Shown here one piece after another: positions 13,338 through 24,839 of a DNA stretch of 64,000 nucleotides. The notes under the pieces are model-generated. The model did not search any database. It was not told where the DNA came from and saw only the letters and a program-made list of their open reading frames with translations. A program made the translations under genes and the position numbers. This DNA comes from Phoronis australis. Its lineage: Eukaryota > Animalia > Phoronida. Numbering within the stretch: position 1 is the first letter of the stretch; each line of letters begins with the position of its first letter. Location: the NCBI GenBank assembly GCA_002633005.1, contig NMRA01000438.1, forward strand, positions 1 to 64,000. Reading direction: 5' to 3'.

Positions 13338-13996
13338 GTGAGATGATGAGTTGTTCTAACAGCTTTTTAGGGTTAAGTAGGTCTATTGCTTTATGCTATG
13401 CCGTAAACTCGTGGGTTTACGCCCATACCCGGATAATCATCTTCCCTGACTTTTGCCAAATTCGATTTTATCGCCCACTGCTTGGGTAATCACGCATACA
13501 CGTGTGTCATGTCTTCTCAATTTAAGTGCCCATGGTGTTAACCGCAATTTATGTTCTAAATTAAGTTTGAAATAGTCACTGAGTTTGGCACAGTGAGCTT
13601 CTGCAGAATAGTAGAAAATGCAATATTTTATTCATCTGCCCCAAATTCATGGTTTACGTTAAGCAACAAAAAATTATTCACTTCGATGTTAGACACGGGT
13701 TGCATGAAAAGCACTAACATTTGCTGCGTCAAGGATTTTATGAACTGCTATTCAGTCTTCTTAGTTGCACTGAAGGCAGTGTTTAACATTTTGGGAAATA
13801 TGATGGTCACCAAAAGCGTACTCTACATCCAATATCCCAATCTTTAGAAGAAAAACTGTCAATTTCAGCTTGAATTTCTTGTCCAAATTTTTGAGAAGCA
13901 CGGTCACAAACTGCAATTTTTACTGTGCCCATAAACAGTTCATTGTACACTGCCTGAAGTGCTGATTGCTCTACTGTGTTAACATATGCTTCACAG

Positions 13997-14185
13997 CTAC
14001 AAAGCCTGTGACTAACGACAACATAAACGCTAAGTCAACAGACATGGAGAGCAAGCAGGATAAGAGCAACTTTGAAGCAGGAGCCAACATTCAGCTGTTC
14101 TGTGACGTCAGTTCTTACCCTACGGCAGACATTAAGTGGATGAAAGGGGGGGAAACTGTCGGCGATAAACCCCTTTTCACAATAG
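13997..14185 (+). CDS. Ig-superfamily receptor exon 4 (third Ig domain, N-terminal half)
   Basis: ttcacag acceptor and G|GTATG donor, phase 1-1. IQLFCDVSSYPTADIKWMK. Confidence 0.93.
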
Positions 14186-14311
14186 GTATGTGTGTTCTAA
14201 TTCAGTAACTTTTAGTTCAGAAATCTTGATAGTCATACAGCACTTTAGTGGTTTATGAGATGGTTAAGGGATAGTTTCAATATTTTATGTATTGAATTTT
14301 AGCCTGTTTCT

Positions 14312-15240
14312 TATTTTATGCATATATATTGCTGCATCCGTTCTCTGGCCATCTGTTCGTCTATCCTGTGGCGGGAGCAGCCACTACTGTATCTCCTGAA
14401 ATCTCTCGCAGGATCTTAATGTGAATTTGAAGATGTGTTCCTACCAAGCTCACGGCAGATGATAATATCTTCCAGTCTGATGATCTGACTACTGTTGTGC
14501 CCCCTTGTGTCAATTTAAGTTTTTTTACAAATACATGTCATTTACCCCAGTTTGTATCTTTGGAGTTCGTAGGTGGATTTTCCTGAAATTTAGTAAACAG
14601 GTGTCTCATAAGGAGACGGCATTGCCTCCCATTTTTGGTCCGATTTGTTGTATTTTACAGCACCCAGTGAGCATTTTGTATTATTTATGAATCTGTTTTT
14701 GCTGTCTGCCTTTCTACCTGCCAGTTGATTGAAAGATCTTTTGAAAATTGGCAGATGTGTTCCTGCTGAGAAGAGCAGCTTCCTGCAGATGTTGATTTTT
14801 GTACAAACTCATGCAACTACTGTGGTGCTCCTTATCTGACGTTTTCATTTTTGTGTACGCATCGTTAGCTCCTTAACTTCTTCCACGATGTTTGTGAAAT
14901 TTGGGAAGTGATATCAACTTTGGAACGGACCTAACTACATGTGTGGTTGCATCATTACCGTCATTTCTGTCTGGGCATGCTGTATTTCTTAAAAATTTTG
15001 ACATAATTCCAGTTTCGGACAGATCCGATTTCTGCTGTGCCCCCTAGTGGCAATTTTATTTTTTACATTTACCTCAATCTGTATGTTCACTGAGAATTTC
15101 TTGACAGATTTTTCGTGAAATTTGACAAGGTTTCTATAGAAAATAGCTGCTGCACTCATCCGGGTTACCGTCGATGCTCGACTTACCACCCACCTCCGAA
15201 ATTTTCAATTTTTCATTTTCAAGCATCCATATTCTTCTTG
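14312..15240 (+). mobile_element. Degenerate copy of the HINE-like tandem-monomer repeat family (intron 4)
   Basis: Contains gtgccccctagtggcaattttattttttacatttacctc (~15037) and other monomer remnants shared with 21018-22702. Boundaries approximate. Confidence 0.55.
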
Positions 15241-15652
15241 CCGCCCATCACCAATTTTTCCTGATCGAGACTTCCTTAAAAGTGTTAATGCTTTTGTGAA
15301 TGTTCGTCACACAAATCTTAGATTCGGAAACATGCGCCACTCGCTACTACATTTCAGCGACAGTCAGTTTTAGCTGAAGCTGGACCAACAATACTGATCA
15401 GGAGATGACAATACCGTTCAATTTTGGACATGCATCATTGTGCAACATCTAATGGACATTTTTATGATACTTATAAACACCCGTAGAAGCAAGCCATTGA
15501 TGGATCAGTTGTGGCTTCATGTCAACTCTCTGTGTTGCTTTTGTTTTTCTTCGGTTGGTAATTTTTCTAAGATGCCTTAAAAAGTTGTACTCTGACTTAT
15601 GTTGTGGAGTACTGTAATAAAAATCATCGCATATGTGTTGTCTTTTTTGCAG

Positions 15653-15760
15653 ACAAAGCAAAACCAACAGATTCGGGCACCTACACTTGTGTGGCTACGA
15701 ATTATATAAACGGAACGAAACACGAAGGGAGGCGGGATGTCAAAGTGACTATAGCTGAAG
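15653..15760 (+). CDS. Ig-superfamily receptor exon 5 (third Ig domain, C-terminal half)
   Basis: ttttttgcag acceptor and G|GTAAGT donor, phase 1-1. AKPTDSGTYTCVATN carries the DxGxYxC motif. Confidence 0.95.
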
Positions 15761-16658
15761 GTAAGTGCAAGGTGCATCAAGGGTTGGAGATTTTTCATAT
15801 CGTAGGAGTGCCACCAGTTTATTGCAAGAAGGATGTGCTGCGAAACATGGTTAACTGTTCATTTTTATGCGCCACATGTGTGGTTGGATCATTACCATCA
15901 TTTCTTTCTCGGCATGCTGTATTCCTTAGATGGTAAGACAGAATACCAGTTTCCCTCCAATCAGTCTTCCGCTGCACCCCCTTGTGGCCATTTTTACACT
16001 CCCACTTATACATATGTGACGGATCTTCACAAATTCCGGCAAGCAAGTTTCTATTCATTAGTTGAGTATGGAATCCACAGATTCTGCACAACCTAATGGC
16101 CACTTTTATTAACATTTTCAAGTCCATTTTTGACATATCCTATTCTGTCCTCCAAACTGCGTAAAAATTTGCGTAAAAACTATGTGTTACTTCAAAACCG
16201 ATTCCGCCTGATGTGTATTTTTCCAATTCTCCTGATCGCCATAAGCTTAACAGTGTTGATGACGTTACATTGCAGCCTGTATACATTTATTTGATGCATT
16301 AAAGATCTCATGATGCTAGTCAGACAATGTTTATTACATGATGGTGTAGCAAGACCTTAACACTAGCGCCATCTATCATAGGCTAGGAACATTAAACATA
16401 ACTGGAAGCATAAACTTACTTTCACGTTTTATACACGAGATATGGTCAATCAGTGCATTTGCAAATATGGTCACATGGTACTTACACAATTGGCGGATTT
16501 AAGTGGTCAAGGCCATGACCATGTCGGTAGCATGTTGATTGTATTGATAGGAATTTTCCTTTGTCTTTTTACTTTTAGCACTGTACTGCCTTGGTATTCA
16601 CGGACTGTACTTGTCCTCATTCGTTATTTGTCATGTTCCTTTACAATATCGTCCCTTA

Positions 16659-16745
16659 GTCAACTGTAGTACTGGTCAACTGTAGTACTGGTCAACTGTA
16701 GTACTGGTCAACTGTAGTACTGGTCAACTGTAGTACTGGTCAACT
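16659..16745. repeat. Perfect 16-bp minisatellite (gtcaactgtagtactg) x5.4
   Basis: Directly visible tandem array. Confidence 0.97.
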
Positions 16746-17282
16746 CAACATGCCTTTTGCTTTTCTACAATATCTTAACCACGCAAATTTCTTGTTTTAC
16801 TCTGCAATGTAGCTCAGAGCATGACCCAGGCAAAATGATTCCTATAAACATGTCTTGTCCCCTGTGAGACGACAGTCGTTCCCGAGGTGCTGGTAGCTAC
16901 TTGTTGACCTGACGGATTTGTCAAAGAGAAATTTCCGCTGATATTTGCAATCTTCTACCTTCACTGGAGTCATAATCATGGTCTGCTCTATTTATGTGAC
17001 CTTTACAATCCCAAGTTTTATAAATTTGTCATTTAATAATGCCACTTGAAAATTCAAAACTGCGGGCAATTCTCTTTTTAGTAAATTTATGCCATTTATA
17101 CGTAACCTTAGGTGCCATATTAGTTCCATATTTAATTGCTCCACTCAATAAGAAAGTCGGGGGTTCCTGTAGCCAAGGTCACGTTTGCATGTTGACGTAC
17201 TGTGCAGTGAACTCATTGTTTAGAATTGGCGCCACCAGTCATGTCAAGAGCTCCAAAAATATAGAGTTGCTTGTAAATATTA

Positions 17283-17542
17283 AATAACGTAGAAAATATA
17301 TCTGAAACTATATAAGGCGATCCAGATCCTCCCAAGGATACTATTGTTTCGTGAAATGAAGAATATAAATCGGTAAATAAAACAACAAGAATGGATCAAC
17401 TGAAATTTGAAATTTTCGGAGGTAACAACTTCCTTTATCAATATTACTTTATTTCTGTTTTGTTGATAAAGGAAGTTGTTACCTCCGAAAATTTCAAATT
17501 TCAGTTGATCCATTCTTGTTGTTTTATTTACCGATTTATATT
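17283..17542. mobile_element. Short insertion with a perfect 80-bp inverted repeat; probable truncated Penelope-like element (inverted pLTR)
   Basis: Arms 17362-17441 and 17463-17542 are exact reverse complements with a 21-bp spacer. ttgtaaatatta occurs at 17271-17282 and 17541-17552 (TSD-like). A diverged single arm recurs at ~46622-46706. Family assignment is inference. Confidence 0.6.
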
Positions 17543-17874
17543 GTAAATATTACTAATGGACAATGCAAATTTATCCATTTCATAATGTGAAAATTGCAAG
17601 CATTTTTGCTTTGAACTCTAAGTATTAAAAATGGACAATGCAAATTATTCCATTTCTTATGTGAAAAGTACAAGCATTTTTGCTTCAGTGGGTATTACTG
17701 AATACTCAAGGTAAGGTTTTGGTTTGCAAATGAAGGTCAAAATGCGATTCACGAGGTTTCTACCTGTAGCCTTGTGTCTCTGAACGCTTATTTAGTGGCA
17801 GGTTACATGTCTGAGTCCCTACTTAACATCTAAAGATAATAAGTCAGTGTACTGAATGCACGTCTACGTTTCAG

Positions 17875-17994
17875 TGAGCAACGCAGGAATGATAGCGGGC
17901 ATTGTGATTGCGGTCATCGTCGTCGTGGGAGTGGTCATCGGGGTACTCGTCTACGTACTCATCTTCAGACGCCGACAGGCTGGCGGCAAAAAAG
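17875..17994 (+). CDS. Ig-superfamily receptor exon 6 (transmembrane helix)
   Basis: tttcag acceptor and G|GTAATT donor, phase 1-1. VSNAGMIAGIVIAVIVVVGVVIGVLVYVLIF followed by stop-transfer RRRQAGGKK. Not in the ORF track. Confidence 0.93.
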
Positions 17995-18295
17995 GTAATT
18001 ATCAAAGTATAAGACGGTAAAATCGTATTAGTGTTCAGACCCATCCCGTGACCAATAGTTAAGGCTGAAAAATCGTCGTCTCATCCGTGGCACCAACCCG
18101 AGTTTTTCTGCCAACGGTGCAGACGCTCTAATCCAGTAAGCTATGGTGCCGTTATAAACCAAAGAAAGAGTGCTCGGACATCAAGGTATTTTGTCTTGGC
18201 AGAGAATGTTTTATGGCAAACGTCATGCATTGTAAATTGTCAACTGTAATTCTATAAATGTGTTCCCGATTGTAAATACAAGGTGCTTGTTTCAG

Positions 18296-18362
18296 AATCT
18301 GGTGTTGCCCAAGTGGATGGTGACGGATCTAAAGACAAAGAACTGGACGAGAAGAAACAACA
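18296..18362 (+). CDS. Ig-superfamily receptor exon 7 (cytoplasmic, ESGVAQVDGDGSKDKELDEKKQ)
   Basis: tgtttcag acceptor and CA|GTGAGT donor, phase 1-2, open frame. Confidence 0.85.
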
Positions 18363-19671
18363 GTGAGTTACTCCATCGCCTGCTAGGCCCTATTCTTAGT
18401 TATTAACACTAATGGAGCATGTTCAAAGTGCTGTTGGGACTAATGGAGTTGGAAATGGATTTTTCTCTAAAAGCACTCTTTTTGTCCTGGTTGTTGTATT
18501 TTTTCCAATGTCTTTTTCTGACTGAAAAAACACCACGATTAACACCAAGATTTTGATATTTTGCTGGAAATGCGCCCTAACATTTGTCAATGTATCGGTC
18601 TTCACAGCATCTTGTTAGATGTGTGGCTTTGCGAGCTTGCAACTCATTTTCCCCGATGTGTGACAATACTTTTACCTTGTTGGTTGCCATGGATGTCGTG
18701 AAACATGAATAAATTATGCTAATTTATTCATAAAAAGCTGTGTTGCGGCGAATAGAACTTACACTTGCTTCGTCACGCTATTAAGTGATCGCCCTATCAA
18801 AGGGACATTATCACTTTTACGGCTGAAAAATGCATTTTTGGGTTTTTTGTTGGTCAGGAAGGCTATAGTTGTTTTGAAGCTTTAGTTTGAGCTGTGATTT
18901 TATTACAAATTCCCAAGTGTGATCATTGGTGAAATCAAGACGCATGACTTTATCACTTAAATTATCTCTTCAAATACTCTGTCGAGCTCTGGCAGCATAA
19001 TGTTGTTGTGCAAATTTATGCCTAAGCTGTGGCTTCTATTTCTTATCACATTTCATCGCAGAAAAATCATGTTTCTGGCGGACAGTGCCCCTTTTAGTAA
19101 ATTGTGCTGTGCAACGCAGGAGATTGCGTGTTAGCTTCAAGTGTTAACAGAGCTGTGTTCTGTAGATCAAGTGAGATATCGCCATGCATACAAACGCAGC
19201 ATGTGTCACACTTGCTAGTGTCTTGTGTTCATTGAACATGCTTCAGGTTGCTTTTATTGATTGAAATAGTCAACGTTTATAAAAATCGCACGATTTGGCT
19301 GCCAGTTTGAACAGTCCTAATTTTATTTAGCATCTCTTTGTGTAAAGCGAATCAAAGAACGCATGGAAGCTGCATGATTTTTCTTTTGGTGACTGTTATA
19401 CTTCGATGTTGTTTGGAAATGCAGTACCTGTCACTTTTCTGCTCATTTGTGGGCAATGTATAGTTGCAGTGTCCCTTGGACACCAAATTCAGTTGGGTAA
19501 GTGGGCTTGCTTGAATATTGGGGATTGAGAGTGGCCAAATTCTCAGCTGTACTCTAGTTCCTACAGAACAGCAGAACATCCGAGTAGAACTATAGTCCAA
19601 GCCATTCTCTGCTTTTCACTGACTTACTCACCAACTGTCCTCTTTAGTTCCCACAATGCCCTGTTTTGTAG

Positions 19672-19708
19672 CGCTGATCCGGAGGCTGGCCAAGGACTTG
19701 AGGCTGAC
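19672..19708 (+). CDS. Ig-superfamily receptor exon 8 (37-nt cytoplasmic micro-exon, HADPEAGQGLEAD)
   Basis: ttttgtag acceptor and GAC|GTAAGT donor. Phase 2-0 exactly bridges exon 7 (phase 2 out) to exon 9 (phase 0 in). Confidence 0.8.
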
Positions 19709-21017
19709 GTAAGTCGCTTTCAGCTTTTCTACCCCTTTAACTAATTTTCTCCTCCCTTCTCACTGGATCCTAGAGTGTGCATGGAATGACTGGTGGTGTG
19801 GGTCAGGCAGGAGTTCCACACAATGCATGTCTATATAGTCATGTTATTAGACACGGCACACATTTCAATACTTACGATAAAAATTCTTCAGTTTAGTATA
19901 CAATATGGCTGAAAAGCGAAATTTTATATTGTCAAATATCTCTTCAAAAATTCATTATAATTTAGTTGTTGCAGTAAAGTTTTCAACAAAAAAATGGTAA
20001 ATTTTAGCAATGTGGCAATTAGCCTGTTTGTGTACCAAATTGAAAAAATACCGTAAGTTGTTGAAGTCACCACAAATTTCAGACAGCTGTGGATAAAATA
20101 ACAAATGGTTCACACCGTACTTGGAAATATTAATTGTCATGTTACAAATGAAAACCCGTGTAAGCGTGGTTTGATTTGCGTAATTTTTGGGATCTCAAAT
20201 CACACCCAGTCTGGTTTTATTTCTTAAAAATGTTAAATTGAGGATACCAGGCACGGTCGCATGCCCCTTAACTTGATAAGTTGCATCACATTCGCTTAAT
20301 GGAATTCTGAAAATGACATTAATCTGCTCTGTGTACACTTTCATGCGATGTCTGCGATGTGACTGCATGTTTCAACTTCTTAACCGACATACCCTAATGC
20401 CATTCGCATGAGAAAATTGTTCGACATTGGATGTGCCATAGCGGTTTTTAAAGATAGTAGCATTCAAAAGCCAATGTTGAAGTCAGAACTTGGTCTGCTG
20501 TGCGGTCTGATGCAGGCCTGCAAAAAGTAGTAGAATTAGGCTCCTGCTTTTACGGACGGTAGCTGCAGACTTAAGTTTTCCACAGGTTGTATGAGCAAAT
20601 AGTTCAGTTTGCAGTGTTTAGAAGTGTTAGTAAAAGTTTCTCCTTGTGTGACATCAAAAAAGAATGCAATGTTGCAGTGCAGGACGCTACAAGTCAAGTG
20701 TAAATTTACTTAATCTTTAGCCACCTCCTTTTCCTATGTGATGAAGCAAATTGAAATGTGTTGGTTAAATTTTCTGCATCCCCGCAATGTTTAAGAAGTC
20801 TTGGGACCTTAGCTTCCATTAAAGTGCCAGTGTCTGTGTGAACACTTTACATCCCAGAATGTATCCTCTTTGGTAGATGTGCATTAAAATGTTATGGTAC
20901 ATGCATTCTAAAATGGTGTAGGTATTTGTGTGAAGTGACCATTTGATTTAACAGCGGCATCGGCATGTCAAACTTCATTTTCAAGCATTCACACCCTACT
21001 TAATGCCCTCCCCTTGA

Positions 21018-22702
21018 TTTTTATGCGCCCACATATTTATATGTGGACGCATTAAGGCGTCACCTCTGTCCAGTGTCCACTGCTCTATCTCCAAAACGCC
21101 TTGAGGTATGTTCATGAAATTTTGCACGTGTGTTCCTTCCGTAGGTGGGACGGCATGAGCGAACTTTCAGACGGATCCGATTACCGGTGTGCCCCCTAGT
21201 GGCAATTTTATTTTTTTACGTTTACCTCTGTATCTTCAAAAGTCCTGAACGGATTTTTGTAAAATTTGGTATATAGGCACCTATTAGTGAGATGACATTG
21301 TCCTGCTGTTTTCAGATGGATTCAACGTAGTTTGTGCCACCTAGTGGCCATTTTTACTGTTTTCAAGTTTTTTGCGTCCACTCCTCTATGAACCAAACTG
21401 CTCAAATGATGATTATGCAAATTGGCACATATGTTCTTACTATGAAGTGGACGGCTGACGATTTTTCGATGATTTCGACTACTGTAGCGCCTCCTAGTGG
21501 CAGTTTTTTTTACGCCTATGGCTATATCTCCTAAACCGTTCGAAGGATCTTTACTAAATATATTAAGTGTATTTATATGATGCTGACAACAGATGACGAT
21601 GACTTTCGGATGCATCTGACGACTGGTGCACCACCTAGTGGCAATTTTATTTTTTTACGTTTACCCCTGTATGTTCAAAGGTCCTCAACTTATTTTCATA
21701 AAATTTGGCGTACAAGCATCTTTTAATGAGGTGACGCTATCTCTTAGTTTTCAGATGAATTCGACCTAGTTTGTGCCATCTAGTGGCCATTTTTACTGTT
21801 TTCGAGTTTTTTTTGCGTCCACTCGTCTGTCAACCAAACCGCTTTCAGGATTATTGTGAAAATTGGCGTGTATGTTTTTAGTAGGAATTTCACAGCTGAC
21901 GATCATTTTCCGACGAGTTCTACAACTGTGGCACCTCCTAGTGGCAGTTTTGTTTTTTTGCGCTCATGTTTTTATCTCCTAAACCGTTTGCAGAATCTTT
22001 ACTTAATGTAACAAGTTTATTTATATGATGTTGACAACGAACGGCGACGGCTTTCAGACGGATCTGACTACTGGTGTGCCCTCTAGTGGCAATTTCTGTA
22101 TGTTCAAAGATCCTCAATAGATTTTCATAAAATTTTGAATATAGGCATCTATTGGTGAGATGACGCTATCATCCTGTTTTTGGATGGAATCAAGGTATTT
22201 TGCGCATCTTAGTGGCAATTTTTGCTGTTTTCAAATCTTGTGTTTGGCGTCCACCCCTTGATCAATCAAATCATTCTAGGGATGGTTTTGCAAATTGGTG
22301 TATATGTTTTCAGTGTGAAGAGGATGTTTGATGATGGTGACTGGCAACTGTGGCGCCTCCTATTGATAGTTTTGTTTTGTTTTGTTTTGTTTTTTGCCCA
22401 TAGCTGTATATCCAAAACCTACTGCAGGATTTTTATTAAATTTAGTAAGTGAATTTATATGAAGATAACAGATGACGACTTTCAGGCGGATCGAACGGAC
22501 ACTTTGCCCACTTCCGTTTTCCTTTATTTCTCTGAAGTTCCTTGACAGATTTTTATGACATATGGCATGTTCCCGTTTTTGGATGGATTGTACATTTTTG
22601 CGCCATCTAGTGGCCATTTTTATGATACAAAAAATAACCCTAAAAGCACACCATTTGCGATGCATTCGTTAGTACCTTTTAACGCTCCGCGTCGCTCTTG
22701 TT
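21018..22702 (+). mobile_element. Non-autonomous Helentron/HINE-like element, copy 2 (intron 8), with an internal ~440-bp higher-order repeat of three ~145-bp monomers
   Basis: 5' tttttatgcgcccacata..tatgtggacgca hairpin and 3' ...gtcgctcttgtt. Monomer types recur at ~21190/21630/22078, 21335/21775/22205 and 21488/21932/22353. Confidence 0.75.
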
Positions 22703-23330
22703 AATTTTCCAAAAAGTGGCGCTCCCATGCAGTTTGAGGTCCCAAAAACAATCTAGGAAATAATAGATCGGATTAATTCCACAATTGGGTGTGTAACCAA
22801 AGAATTCACGATTACCGTAAGTTGTCACTCTTATTGGCAGACACTGACACTACACAGGCAGTGTAGTAGGCCCACAATGCATCAGTGGTTTTATGTTGCA
22901 GATAATCAGAATTTTCATTGAATCAACAAACCACACATTGGTCAAGAATGATTCCCCCCGCTATTAAGCCAGCGAAATTTGGTGAAACTAAGAATTCTGG
23001 CAAATTCGTGTCTCAATGAAAAAAAATCCTCGTAAAAATTCGTTTGAAAACCACACTAATTTGCACGTGAGAACGGCACTAGTCTATTTAAAATCGTGGG
23101 CATTAAAGTCAGGCAAGTAAGTCTTAACCCTTGTCAATGTCTTCTCAATGTTTCAATTATAATAAAATAAGACAATGCAAAAGTTGTTGCATGTCAGTCT
23201 CTGTGTTTCAACATTACGTCTACCAATTCATTTTAGTTCAAAACACACTTTCAACACATCAAGCCATTTCGATCAAATCTAACTCCAAGTGGTGATTTTT
23301 GATTTTCAGCGTGGTATCACTGTTGCTTAA

Positions 23331-24233
23331 AGGCGAGGCAACCGTTTTTCATGTCATTTTTAGCAAAAATATGGTTCGTTGATTATCCAAGACATATTTT
23401 TCAGTTAATTACAGCGTTTTGGTAATTCAGACAATTACTCGCCCTCTACTCCGGAAGTGACGTTTTGGGGGGCAAGACTTTCACGCCAATTTATTTTTAT
23501 ATAGTCTGACTGTGAGAGCTGCCAAGTTAGTTATTGTTCTATCTCGGTTGTGATAAGTTTGGTCGTCATTTGCTTTTGTTTACAAGTCAGTCAACACTGT
23601 TGCTGCGTACCGCAATGTACTCATTATCGTCTCAAAGACATAGGAACAACTGTGCCACTTGCCCGAGTGTCCCGCGACACACTCCCACTGGATAGTGACC
23701 TGAGCACACAAACTACTTACATCCTGCCGTGTGTCTCCCTTGCCACACATGTGGATCCTTCTAAGTAGCCCCAATACTTTAGACAAGTCCACAATAAACT
23801 TATGAAAGATTGGCTCACCGATCTGTTCATTGAACGACGAACTGTCCTGTTCAGTGGGTGTCGAACTGGGCCTGTATTCACTCCCACTACTCAACATCGC
23901 AGCAGAGTTGCTTACAGACTCTGAGCGATATTGAGTACATCCTGGTATGCAGCAAAAGTGTGGCGTGTTAAATGATTTGCAAGCAACAGCAAACGATGAC
24001 CGAACTTATCACAACCGAGGTAGAACAATGACTGACTCAACAGCTCTCATAGTCAGACTATATGAAAAGAAATTGGCCCGAAATTCTTGCCTCCCAAAAT
24101 GTCACTTCCGGAGTAGAGAACGAATAATTAATTAGATTACAAAAAGCTTTTAATTTAATTGAAAAATATGTCTGGGATAATCAACGAACCTTATTTTTGC
24201 TAAAAATGTCATGAAAAAAGGTTGCCTTCACCT
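23331..24233. mobile_element. Internally deleted Kolobok-like DNA transposon (TTAA TSD, AGG...CCT ends, ~300-bp diverged TIRs)
   Basis: TTAA at 23327-23330 and 24234-24237. Ends aggcgaggcaacc and ggttgccttcacct, with long inverted similarity. THAP-like starts CCVPQC (+) and CCIPGC (-). Minus-strand remnant FIVDLSKVLGLL...WECVAGHSGKWHS. Confidence 0.8.
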
Positions 24234-24839
24234 TTAAAGTTATAAACAATTTCAAATTAATATGATTTTTGAAATTCTGACTGTTCAAAAATCGGGCTGC
24301 CATGGATAAAGCATGATTGACATAGAATTTCTCTTTAGGCCATAAAGCATTGTTTACTCTCAGGGTCTCTACCCCAACTCATTTTGTGACCTATGCTCAC
24401 CGCCTAAAAAACACCCGTCCAAGTCAATCTCAGCCATGCAGGTCCGTGTTTTTAATAAAAGCTACACAAAGGCACGTAAGCAAAGTTTGAAACACCATGA
24501 TTTGCCAAAAGGTGAACAAAAATACCGTGTCATTTCTTGTCATCTTGGTGAATTTTCATTTTTGAGGAATTATCTGAGCAAGGTAAGCTACTATAAAAAT
24601 CACCGCACTACTAGAGTAGCCTTATATTGGAACTGAAGAATTGGCCACCGACAGTAAAAAGTGCAAATAATACACAAAAATTTAATAAATTTACGCCATT
24701 AGTTCAGTGATATTTCGAGTGAAGAGACCCGCTTACGGTTCCAAAACTGTGTAAGTAATGGAAAGAGTATTTTACATGACTTAATAATTTCCTCATATTT
24801 GGCGACTGAAATAATTAGACATTCCATTTTTATTTGCAG

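Noticed and set aside
16659-16745. CRISPR-like array (also considered for 33871-34081)
   Set aside because: Eukaryotic context, head-to-tail repeats without unique ~30-bp spacers, and no cas genes.
17689-17710. 22-nt micro-exon (cag|TGGG...CAAG|gtaagg) between exons 5 and 6 of the Ig receptor
   Set aside because: Good splice sites, but 22 nt would shift the frame of the TM exon. Exon 5 joins exon 6 in frame without it.
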